A DNA stretch of 64,000 bases from Octopus sinensis (Eukaryota), in NCBI RefSeq assembly GCF_006345805.1, contig NC_042999.1, positions 28,210,001 to 28,274,000 on the forward strand, given 5' to 3'. Below are positions 26,170-37,265 of the stretch, in pieces. Position 1 is the first letter of the stretch, and the number at the start of each line of letters is the position of its first letter. Under the pieces are notes generated by a model, which did not search any database, was not told the DNA's origin, and was given only the letters and a program-made list of their open reading frames with translations. A program made the position numbers and the translations under genes.

Positions 26170-27640
26170 ATATGGGATTACATAGATTTAATAAAATGCG
26201 TGAATGATGAGTAGAATCTGTGTTTACAAGAGAGTATTACATCTGAGAATCTATTAAGTAATGAGGGATTGTGGTTACCGATTGTCTTAAACAATTTACA
26301 CATACCGATGTTTGCGTTGTACGGGAGATCCTCACTTACGATGAACCAGGATGGGGTATAGGGAACATTTTGAGATTTGAGGTTGTGTATATAAGTTGCT
26401 AAAGAGGCAGATAATTTAGAATTTGGGTTGGAGACGGGTTCATGTGTGCACGGTAGCAGTACTTGAAAACAACAGTACCGCCACTATAGAGACTTGCTTG
26501 GCGGGTGTGCGGTGTCATAACACATCACTTGTAGACTATTTTTACGCAGACAGAAATCTCCAAAAGGAGAGCAACCCGACAATTGCAAGTTTTTCTACCT
26601 GCTGTGCAGTTGGAATTTACCACGGGAGAAGTCAAATTTCAGTGGTCCGTAATTAGTGAAGTTGAACTGGAAGTACAATTGATATCAGCATTGGATCAGG
26701 AGGGGATATCACTACTAGTATATGTGGTCACATGGGTAATGCTGCGGGAAGATGCTTGGTTATTTAGTCGAGAGGGTTACTGTAGATTCTAGTATTACTA
26801 CTAGATGGATTAATTTGGGGTGCAGTGTGACAAACAGCAGGTTCAAAGAACTGGCGTATGTTAGAGGAGTCGGTAATGGATCTCACATTAGGTAGAATAG
26901 GACATTTTAAGTGATGAGTTATTAAAGACAGGGTAGTATTTATGCTATAGTAGGAATTTAGAATTTAGAATTTAAGAAGAGTTTAGGTAGAGATTTAACT
27001 TGGAGGAAGAAGGGTGGTGCGAACCATAGTATCTCCCGCTTTCTGCCCTTAGAAAATGTTTAGAGTGTGTGGTTACAGTGGGTGGATCTAAATAGGAAGG
27101 CTTATAGTTATTAAAAGTTCGAGGTGGCCTGTGGGGTTGTCGAGTGCGATACATAGGAGGTGTTTGAGAGTTGATGGATTGATGTTGAGTGAAAGAAAGA
27201 TCTGTGGATTCCGGGTTTATATTAGGAAAGAGATGTGCAACTTTTGTTTTAAGCTTGATATTGGGGATATACGGGATCTTTTCACGGAAGCCACTTATCT
27301 GGAGAGCCTGATTATAATACGGGACATGACTCAAAAATTTCTTCCGCGATTCTGATATAAATACCTATTATTAAGAGTAAGTTTAGGGTGATCTGATAGG
27401 GTGTTGATATATTGTAGAAACTGATTTGGTTTATGGAAAGGGTGATATAGATTTGTATTTAAGTCCAGAATAACGTCTATGAAATTGGCCACATTTGTTT
27501 CATTTTTGATTGAGATACTCATGTTATAGTTTTCCAAAAGTTTGTTTAGGGATTTCCTAGTGCTTTCCACAGACGGCTGAGAAGTACTTCATCTTGAAGA
27601 GCCCTCCAGAAATCTTAGGGGAGTACTAATTTTGGAAAGA
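26170..27640 (-). pseudogene. Penelope-like element pol relic: RT C-terminus plus GIY-YIG endonuclease; pyrimidine-rich 3' trailer probably extends to about 25230
   Basis: NFIDVILDLNTNLYHPFHKPNQFLQYINTLSDHP, YYNQALQISG, LKMSYS..PNV, YIHNLKSQNVPY..W, PYNANIGMCKL and LLNRFSDVILSCKHR match PLE RT-thumb and endonuclease motifs in order. Confidence 0.8.
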
Positions 27641-27699
27641 AGGAAATGACCTGGTACTACGGCCGTTGCAGTCGATACTGGTGTTTCTGACGGTTAATG

Positions 27700-28591
27700 C
27701 GTCGACACCACCGACGCTGGTGCCGTCGCCGTCGCCACCGCTGCCACCGCCACCGCCGCCACCTCCGCCGCCGCTGCCGCTGCCGCCGCTATCGCTCCCG
27801 CCGCTACCGCTGCCGCCGCTGTCGCTCCCGCCGCTACCGCTGCCACCGCTATCGCTCCCGCCGCTACCGCTGCCGCCGCTATCGCTGCCGCCGCTATCGC
27901 TGCCGCCGCTATCGCTGCCGCCGCTGTCGCTGCCGCCGCTGTCGCTGCTGCCGCTGTCGCTGCCGCCGCTGTCGCTGCCGCCGCTGTCGCTGCCGCCGCT
28001 GTCGCTGCCGCCGCTGTCGCTACCGCCGCTGTCGCTGCCGCCGCTATCGCTGCCGCTGCTATCGCTGCCGCCGCTTTCGCTGCCGCCGCTGTCGCTGCCG
28101 CCGCTTACGCCGCTTTCGCTGCCGCCACTGCCGCCGCTAACGCCGCTAACGCCGCTAACGCCGCTAACGCCGCTAACGCCGCTAACGCCGCTGCCGCTAA
28201 CGTCGCTGCCGCTAACGCCGCTGTCGCTAACGCCGCTGCCGCTAACGCCGCTGCCGCTGCCGCTACCGCCGCTACCGCCGCTACCGCTACCGCCGCTACC
28301 GCCGCTACCGCCGCTACCGCCGCTACCGCCGCTACCGCCGCTACCGCTACCGCCGCTACCGCCGCTACCGCCGCTACCGCCGCTACCGCCGCTACCGCCG
28401 CTACCGCCGCTGCCGCCGCTACCGCTGCCACCGCTACCGCTGCTGCCGCTACCGCTGCCGCCGCTACCGCTACCGCCGCTGCCGCTGTCGCCGCTACCGC
28501 TGCCGCCGCTGACGCCCCTGCCGTCGCTGCCGCTGCCGCTGCCACCGCTGCAGCTAACGCACTCCCGCTAACGCCGCTCCCGCTGCCGCTA
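27700..28591. repeat. GC-rich (CCG/CTG/CTA/TCG) hierarchical minisatellite
   Basis: Blocks of 15-bp CCGCT(G/A)TCGCTGCCG, 9-bp CCGCTAACG and 9-bp CCGCTACCG units; source of the poly-P, poly-R/C and poly-A ORFs. Confidence 0.95.
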
Positions 28592-28649
28592 TATATAATA
28601 TATATATATATATATATGTTATACACACTTACATTTAGTGATTGCTCAA

Positions 28650-28835
28650 TCTTCACAGAGAATTGCCTTCTTTTGATTCCACATTTTCAATGACATTACC
28701 CTCAATGACTTCTCAGATTAATGCAATGTATCACTGCTTAATGCTCCTACTTCGTTCCCAGTCCACAAACATAACAGAATTGTCCACAGACATGACAAAA
28801 CACATCAGGATGATTTCTACACTGTCCTAACGTTG
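28650..28835 (-). pseudogene. N-terminal fragment of a DNA transposase (C..HPD.FC..CG zinc-binding start)
   Basis: Minus frame reads CRNHPDVFCHVCGQFCYVCG (with a 21-bp internal duplication), resembling from memory the C.N.PD.FCY.CG start of a widespread invertebrate transposase family; superfamily not assigned. Confidence 0.4.
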
Positions 28836-29925
28836 TTGACACTATAAAACAAATAAGGAAATAGATACAAACGGCTCATACTTAAACAGAATTTGAGATG
28901 AATCAATATTTCATCAAACCAATTACGACAGGACAATTTCAGATGTTGAAATACCTATTTCATCAGACAAAACTTGATTGGTTAATTTAAAATGATGAAA
29001 TATCACATCTGAACCACGCAGCAATGAATAATGTAGTTTATTTTAAAGGTATGTTTCCATAATGTAAATGAAATACATGCATACACCTCAATAATTGGAA
29101 TTTCTATATAATGCATGAGCTAAAACCAAAGAACTTTCTCATCTTGAAAACTGTACGTAATGTCAAAAACTAATCATATATTTGAAATCATCATTAAAAA
29201 TTACATGAAGTATATATTGGCATATGCTTGACGAAAAAAATGTATTTAACGTATAGCATCCCAACCGTGTGTTGCCATCTCCAAACTGTTGTTATCGGTT
29301 ATCTAAATCTGAAGAGTTAGATTAGTTTTACATGCACGAAACCGAATGAAACTGCAAATAAATAGTGTTTGTAGCTCCTACTAAATGAGCTGATTGTCGC
29401 TTTCTTTCGTTTATCAAATTGCTCATACAACAATCTGTCTGGAGCATAGTATAGCTGAAATTGTGTTCTTGGGAGAGAACGAAGATCCTCAGTTCATACG
29501 CTACAGATGATCACGATATCTGGATCAATAAAAAAACCAATAAGACATTCTTTAGATTTAAAAGATGATGAACAAAACAAAATGCTTTCCATCACAACTT
29601 TATTACGAAGCATATGACCGGTCAAAATCTATTCTAAATTAAACAGACACAGAGAACATACGTACAAACATACAGACGTACATACATACATATATATATA
29701 TATCTTCATAGATACATATACACACATGTACACATGCATACCTACACAAATGCTTTTACAGGCACACGCATAAGCACAAACACAACCATATACGTCAATT
29801 AGATACGAAGGTTCAAATGCAAGCATTCAATAATCTCTATATGAATTGGTATATAGATGAATAATATGGTAGACAGATAGAAAGACATCAATATATATTA
29901 AATATATATATATATATATATATAT

Positions 29926-30641
29926 AAATAATGAGGGAGATAAATTAATATTAATTTCAATATCAATTTAAAACCAGTAGTCCAGCATACAAAAGATCTG
30001 AGAAATCAGAGAAAATTCTAAGACTGCTAGGTAGTCGGCCGTATGCTAGAAATAGATCATCAACGATCATACTAGAAAGAAAGTTCTCTAGAGGAAAAAT
30101 TCAGCGAACACCAGAACCAAATTTGGCGGGCAGGACATGAAAATTTATAGAAAAAACAGAATTAATTGCATACCTCGGTTTCGGCCTTATACAAAAGAAT
30201 TACTTACATAATTCAAATGTCCGTAGCTTCATCAGTACAATTGTTCAGTGTAAATGCAATCTGAAAAACTAACTCCAGCTTTCTGTGCCAAACAGACACG
30301 TGTTTAGTTTTGCCGATTACATTAGGAATAAAATTTCAAATGTCTTAGTTCCGGCGCGCTGAAGAATTCCTGAAGCGAAGAACTGCAGTAAATAATTCAC
30401 TGCGGTTAGTGCTTGCTACTAGACAACGTATTTATTTCAATATTTAAATAATGAAAGAGATAAATTAATATTAATTTCAATATCAATTTTAAACCAGTAG
30501 TCCAGCATACAAAAAATCTGAGAAATCAGAGAAAATTCTAATACATGTGTATATTGGGCATATGTGTATATGTGTATATTTCTTTGTAGTATGATCGTTT
30601 ATGATCTATTTCTAGCATACGGCCGACTACCTAGCAGTCTT
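29926..30641 (-). mobile_element. Non-coding element with 96-bp direct repeats (period 520), an inverted 61-bp block and a hammerhead motif; Penelope pseudo-LTR-like
   Basis: Block A at 29926-30021 and 30446-30541; block B at 30020-30080 with its reverse complement at 30581-30641; bounded by (TA)n. Confidence 0.6.
30164..30242 (-). ncRNA. Type I hammerhead ribozyme motif, long helix II
   Basis: AAUUGUA-CUGAUGA-[46-nt helix II containing GAAUUA/UAAUUC and ACA/UGU pairings]-GAAAC-CGAG-GUA^-UGCAAUU. Helix I has 7 bp, helix III 2 bp plus a tetraloop; the base of helix II is imperfect. Confidence 0.7.
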
Positions 30642-30657
30642 GCCCTGCCAATATATA

Positions 30658-30704
<47 letters not shown>

Positions 30705-30724
30705 TATATATATAAGTATATGTA

Positions 30725-30762
30725 TCTTTCTGTTGAAGAGCGTAGGCTCGAAACGTTAAAGA
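30725..30762 (+). ncRNA. Minimal type I hammerhead-like motif (A6U variant)
   Basis: UCUUU-CUGUUGA-A-GAGC(GUAG)GCUC-GAAAC-GUU^-AAAGA: 5-bp helix I, 4-bp helix II, loopless ACGU palindromic helix III. Confidence 0.6.
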
Positions 30763-30867
30763 CTTGTTTTTTTATTATATTTCCTGAGCGCCATACTAAT
30801 ACAATTGTTTGTTTGTTTCCCACCTGCCTTCGTCTTTTGTCTATTTTCATAAAGCTTCCCGTTATAT

Positions 30868-30909
<42 letters not shown>

Positions 30910-31011
30910 TATAATATAAAAATAATAAAAATATTAGGGAGTAAATCCAAATTACAGGGAAAAATCAGATTTAGGATTGAATCCAATTTTATAGTAAAAT
31001 ATTATATAATA

Positions 31012-31316
31012 TTAATTAGAGACAAAACCACTATTCTGCAAATCAAACAAAGAAAGACTTAATCCAATGCATAAAAATTTTATATAAATTAAATAAAAAA
31101 AATTAGCCACTACAATTGTTTCGTGTCTCTTCTAAGGACATTCATCAGGTGGTTTTCAGATCTCTATTTAAAATTGAATAGATGATGAATGTCTCAGAAG
31201 AGACACGAAACAATTGTAGTGGCTAATTAATTTATTTAATTTATATAAAATTTTTTTATGTATTGGATTAAGTCTTTTTGTTTGATTTGCATAATAGTGG
31301 TTTTGTCTCTAATTAA
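31012..31316. repeat. Fold-back palindrome (arms 31012-31147 and 31183-31316, 35-nt spacer)
   Basis: Arms are reverse complements with few mismatches; a hammerhead motif lies at the inner end of each arm. Confidence 0.9.
31105..31154 (-). ncRNA. Minimal type I hammerhead ribozyme motif
   Basis: AACCAC-CUGAUGA-A-UGUC(CUUAGAAGA)GACA-C-GAAA-CAAUUG-UA^-GUGGCU: CCAC/GUGG helix I, palindromic ACAAUUGU helix III; A.C mismatch at the base of helix II. Confidence 0.7.
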
Positions 31317-31412
31317 TTTATTTATATATATTATATTATATATATATAATATATATAATATATATATATATATATAATATATATATATAGATATATATCT
31401 AATATATATTAT

Positions 31413-31511
<99 letters not shown>

Positions 31512-31522
31512 TAAGAAGAAGG

Positions 31523-32070
31523 AGTGGCGAAGTGGCAGAATCGTTAGCACGCGGGCGAAATGCGTAGCCGTTACGTTCTGAGTTCAAATTCCGCCGAGGT
31601 CGACTCTGCCTTTCATCCTATCGGGGTCGATAAATAAAGTACCAGTTACGTACTGGGCTCGATATAATCGACTTAATCCGTTTGTATGGCCTTGTTTGTT
31701 CCCTCTGTGTTTAGCCCCTTGTGGGTAGTAAAGAAATAAGTATTTCGTCTGCCGCTACGTTCTGAGTTCATATTTCGTTGAGGTCGTCTTTGCCTTTGAT
31801 CCTTTCGAGGTCGATAAATAAAGTACCAGTTACGCACTGGGGTCGATATAATCAACTTAATCTGTTTGCCTGTCCTTGTTTGTTCCCTCTGTGTTTAGCC
31901 CCTTGTTTTTTACGTTATGAGTTTAAAGCCCGCCTCTGCTGAAAGGATGAAAGACTTTACCTTTCATCCTTTCGGGTTGGATAAATTAAGTACCAGCTGT
32001 GTACTGGGGTTGATCTAATCAACTGGCCCCCTCGCACGAAATTTCGGAGCTTGTGTCTGGAGTAGGCAAA
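31523..32070 (+). mobile_element. SINE family B, multi-unit copy with tail
   Basis: Head, two B-box+core units, a partial third unit and tail. Confidence 0.85.
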
Positions 32071-32228
32071 AAAAATTATATATATATATAGAGAGAATTA
32101 TAGGAGACTGGTTTCTCTATCTTCATCACCGATTCCATCTGCATATATAGATACATAGATGTATATCTACATCTAAGTAACTATCTGTATGTTTGTCTGT
32201 ATGACTCTTTCTCTGTATATATATATAG

Positions 32229-32289
<61 letters not shown>

Positions 32290-33186
32290 TAGATAGATAG
32301 ATATAGACATACATACATACGTACATAATGCACACATATATATAGAGAGAGAGAGACACACACAGATACACACATATTCTTAATCTTTCATTTCACTTAA
32401 CCATTGTGAATATTCTGGCTTAAATTAAGCTGAAAATTTTATTTAATATTCTCTTCGTTTAATGGTCCTGGTTAATTTTACTTGGATTCTTTTCACATGG
32501 AGCTTCTTCATTTTATAACTGAAGCTGAATTAAGTGGTCCAGCATTGCCATGCGCGCGCGAGTGCGTCTCTGTGTGTATGTGTATGTGTATTCACACACA
32601 CATACATATATTCATAATCAGATTATCAGATGGATAGACAGATAGAAAAATAGATAAATAATACACTTATCTAAAGAGAACGAGTGAATGAGAAAGTGAT
32701 TGTATAAGATTGTATAAGAGGGTAGGTAAAATCTATGGTGCGTATTTCGGTAATGTGACCGGTGACGTATATATTTCATGTAATGCACACACAGAGACAC
32801 AGACAAACAGACAGATACTGAAACAGACAGACGCATATGTATGCATGTGTGTGTGTGTGTATGTATACCGCTTTTATATGTATTCGTATATACATATTCG
32901 CATTTATTTATACTTAAGAATACCGAATATGTATCCGTGCATAAATATAATTCCTTTCTGCCTTCCCACTCTCCATCTCGGCTGTTATATTTCCAACTCA
33001 AAGTTATAACAGAAAAAATTTAACAGATCTTTGTATTATCTTAAGATTTGTAGATGCAGAGAATATCTATATAATCAGATGTACTGAATCAGATTTTGAG
33101 AGAATTTAAATGAAATTTAAATTATGTCTAACGAGAGTATTTAAGTTTCTATTTGTCAGTTGAAGTCTTATCATTGTTTGGTGTGG

Positions 33187-33565
33187 AGGCGCAATGGCCC
33201 AGTGGTTAGGGCAGCGGACTCGCGGTCGTAGGATGCGGTTTCGACTCCCAGACCGGGCGTTGTGAGTGTTTATTGAGCGAAAACACCTAAAGCTCCACGA
33301 GGCTCCGGCAGGGATGGTGGTGATCCTTGCTGTACTCTTTCACCACAACTTTCTCTCACTCTTACTTCCTGTTTCTGTTGTACCTGTATTTCAAAGGGCC
33401 GGCCTTGTCACTCTCTGTGTCACGCTGAATATCCCCGAGAACTACGTTAAGGGTACACGTGTCTGTTGAGTGCTCAGCCACTTACACGTTAATTTCACGA
33501 GCAGGCTGTTCCGTTGATCGGATCAACCGGAACCCTCGTCGTCGTAACCGACGGAGTGCTTCCAC
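33187..33565 (+). mobile_element. tRNA-derived SINE family C2
   Basis: A-box TGGCCCAGTGG, B-box-like GGTTTCGACTCCC; 3' half (GTACCTGTATTTCAAAGGG...GGAACCCTCGTCGTCGTAACCGACGGAGTGC) shared with 21135-21457. Confidence 0.85.
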
Positions 33566-33749
33566 TATAATTGTTTGGTCTAACTAATGACAGAAATTAT
33601 TTCATTACGCGCTTCTCTTGTTAAACAGAATGATGTTGGTGTTAATTAATCGACTCTCACTTGGCTGCCGGTTTAGAGGCGTCTAGTTGGATGTGAGTTT
33701 GCGTGACAGGTATGTTTTTCGATTTAAAATCGGTCCTAATATCTACGGG

Positions 33750-35130
33750 CGGCTAGAATTATATACCCTTATACTCTTCGAGGTTAAAGTATGTCTACAA
33801 TGGTATTTCTAGGTTATTGCTTTGAAACATACTTATTGGGCGTATTTGTGGCGATAACAATAAGTTGGTTTTACTGCTGTTAGATGCTGTGAGCTGTCTT
33901 GGAGGTACATTTAACAAATGGAAAATCCAGGTAGTAAGAAAAAAGGTGACAAAAATCTCTATGTGACGTTGGGAAATTCATTTCTATGATCTTAGAAACT
34001 CAAAATGAACCAAGACAAAGTAGCTTTACCTTCGTATACCTGAAGCAGTGCATGCCTTCATGAATCTTCTTGAAGTCATAACCTCTCTTTCTTGTGTGCA
34101 CTATGGACAATTGGTAAGATTTCGGAAATTACTGATTGCATTGTGAAGTAAAGGATGTGAATGGATGTGTATTTACTTCGGCCGTTGCGTGCAATTCTGT
34201 AAGCTATATTATCTAAGTTATGGAAATTAAAAGACATTGTATATATATAATAGTTTGAGAGAAAACTCTTTGTAATTAGAGTGGGTAAGCGCATAGATTC
34301 ATTAGCGAAAATATCACGAGTGAATGAAAAGTTAAACCAGAATACATTCGCTTTTAAAACACTTTTCCGGTTTAAGTGTTATGATACGGTTCCTCTACAT
34401 ACAGAAAGTTAACACCAATTCTCCTTACTGACACCTCATTGAAAAAGGGACGACTGAACTGAAGGTACTCCCATTGGAAATTCTTCTGCTGATGCAAGTT
34501 TGTAATTACTAATGAGGTGGTCTCTCTTGGGCTTTGATGAGGTAGTATTTGCCTTCCGCGTGGTCTAATGTTACATCCAAGGAGTCGACATTTGTTAAAT
34601 TGGTTGTAATATTTAAAATTTATCGTATTCTGCCAGGATTCATCTATGGGGTGACCGATCATATGGCATAAGATTACGATTTCATCTTTCTTCTTTGTAC
34701 ATGACCGTACTGTAAGAGAGTGTACGGTTTTGCAGAGTAACCAGATTGCCCCGACGAGAGCAGCAACCTCAGGTCTATCCATGGATACGTCGAACAGTCG
34801 GCTGCCTTTCTTTAACTCACTAGGACACATCATGAGACAGGGTTGATTTTCTACGGTTCATAATGATTTTGGTAAAGTGGTCGTTGTTTCACTGCAGTAA
34901 AATTAGTTGATTCAACCAGCGTCACAGCTCCACTGAATGAACTGTGTTGATTGCTGATATCATTGATAACGTCATCGATGATGCATTTATTTGCAATGCA
35001 AGATGAGTTTCGTTTGAAGAAATTTTGTTATCTCTTCCTCGCAAGTCAGTCAACTACATAGCAATTCTTCCTTTGGCCTATTGTCCTTCATTTTTCCTAT
35101 CAAAAATATAAAATGTCATTAGTTGCTTTA
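33750..35130 (-). pseudogene. Second Penelope-like element pol relic (RT core through the endonuclease linker)
   Basis: IIMNRRKS, KKGSRLFDVSM..EVAALVG (PLE LFDV.MGS.DGAEV.ELVG), NVDSLDVTLD, NVFWFN (IIWFNPPFS) in order; many stops and frameshifts. Confidence 0.7.
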
Positions 35131-35696
35131 CTTGAGTGACCTGATACCAATCCTGGTCGAACAGATATATGCGCAATGGCATTCTATCAGAGACCAACAT
35201 ATCTGTTTTTCAGATATAGTGTTGTTTGAAATGCATTATTCAATATGTTTTATTAGTTTGAAAGCAGTAGTTTGTGATTCGATGTAGATTTCACAGCAGT
35301 TTTTAGCTGGTGGATCAACAGCCTGTAGACTTCCATTTTAAAGCACTATTCTTCATGAAATAAACTTTACAGATGTGATAATACATATCATTCCAAGCTT
35401 ACTTTTAATACTAGGAAAATGAATAAGAAAACTCAGATTGTGATCGAGCTGATTACATCAACCCTAGAACTTGACTGGCACTTTATCTTATAGATGCTGA
35501 AAGGCTTAGAGGTAAAGTCGACCTTTGCGTGATTTGAACTCAGAATGTAAATAGTGAGAAATATAACATAAAAAATTTACCAAATAATGAAAATATTAAT
35601 CGATGACAATTTGTTAAGAATATTTTAACGAACTGTTTATCATCTAATGATGTTGATAGCATAGTTTAATATGTTAACATAACCATTAATACTATT

Positions 35697-35948
35697 TCTT
35701 TTGATTTGCTTCAGTCATTTGACTGCGGCCATGCTGGAGCACCACCTTTAGCCGAGCAAATCGAGCCTAGGACTTATTCTTTGTAAGCCGAGTACTTATT
35801 CTATCGGTCTCTCATGCCGAACCGCTAAGTGACGGGGACGTAAACACACCACCATTGGTTGTCAAGCGATGTTGGGGGGACAAACACAGACACACAAACA
35901 CACACACACACTCTCACACACACACTTATATATATATATAAATATATA

Positions 35949-35988
<40 letters not shown>

Positions 35989-36149
35989 GACGGGCTTCTT
36001 TCAGTTTCCGTCTACCAAATCCACTCACAAGGCCTTGGTCGGCCCGAGGCTATAGCAGAAGACAATTGCCCAAGGTGCCACGCAGTGGACTGAACCCGGA
36101 ACCATGTGGTTGGTAAACAAGCTACTTACCACACAGCCACGCCTGCGCC
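35697..36149 (-). mobile_element. SINE family A, full length
   Basis: Matches 10337-10801 end to end. Confidence 0.9.
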
Positions 36150-36849
36150 TATGTTAACTCGAAATAAGTGAGCACTAATCAAATAAACATAAGAACACTA
36201 AAATGCATATTAAGTTAATATTACTTGCTAAATGTGTCAACGCAATTTTAGCTAGCAACTATGCTAGTACTAATTAACTGCTCTGTAAGTTAGTACTGAC
36301 ATAACTATTAGATATGTGAAGGCTAAGTTATCTTTCAAATAGGTTAACACTATTTACCTATTCAATATAGTATTCAGTAAATGATGTATTTAACAAACTA
36401 GCAGGAGCTGATCAGTTATTAAACATCTTGACACGAAAATATATTGTGTTGGTAATGAGTTAGGTATTAAATTCGTTAACCTATCAAGTTAACTTCTAAC
36501 ACGTTAATTGCATTTAACTCTCAGCTATTCAGCAGTTAAATAGATAAAATGTAACTACTTAACTATTAAATATATTAACAGTAACAACATAATTATCAAA
36601 ACACAACTAAGCGTGAACTAGTAAAAGAAAATGTTTCATGGTGGTTCATTTTAATCAATTTACATGGTTTCTGTATTTTAAGGTGTCCACTGCGTTTTTT
36701 TCTCTAAAGATTTTCGCTGTGCAAAATGAGGAAAATAGCGGTAATAAGACATCGACATTCGTGGGTAATGAAATATATTGTGTAAACATTGAGTGTTTAA
36801 AACGAGCGTCTGTTCTATGCGCTTATTTGTGAGAGTAGACCAGTTTTGT

Positions 36850-37265
36850 CTTGCGTGTGTATACCTGCGCTGTGTGACCGTGTGTTAGTTCAGGTATTTG
36901 AGCATGTGTATGTGCTGTATATGAATACGCTTTATGTTTGTGTTTGTTATGTTTATTGTTTGTGTGTGTGTGATGTGTGTGCATATATTATGCGCATTAT
37001 GTGAGAGGTTTATGCGTGTGTGTATGATTGTGTGTGTGTGCATGTGTGTGCGTGCTGCATATGTGATATTGTGTTGTATGAATGTGTTTGTGATGTTTGT
37101 ATTTTTGCAAGTGCATCTGCATATATTTTCATGTGTGCTACTATGTAATTGAGCGTGTGTGTGTGTGACCAGGTACATGTGTCTGTGTGCGTGTGCGTAT
37201 GAGCATGTGGCCATGTATATGTGTGTGTGTGTGAGCATGTTTGTGTGCGTGTGTCTGTGTCTCCT
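36850..37265. repeat. Degenerate (GT)-rich microsatellite
   Basis: Direct reading. Confidence 0.85.

Noticed and set aside
27666-28656. 301-aa proline-rich protein or 183-aa alanine-rich (antifreeze-like) protein
   Set aside because: Several frames on both strands are open because the repeat lacks stop codons; there is no credible start, splice or flanking domain.
33187-33262. tRNA gene
   Set aside because: tRNA-like A and B boxes but no proper acceptor stem or cloverleaf; it continues directly into a SINE body.
36160-36630. Region dense in TAAC/GTTA/TTAA short palindromes
   Set aside because: Looks like a decayed simple repeat; no periodicity or long-range pairing found.
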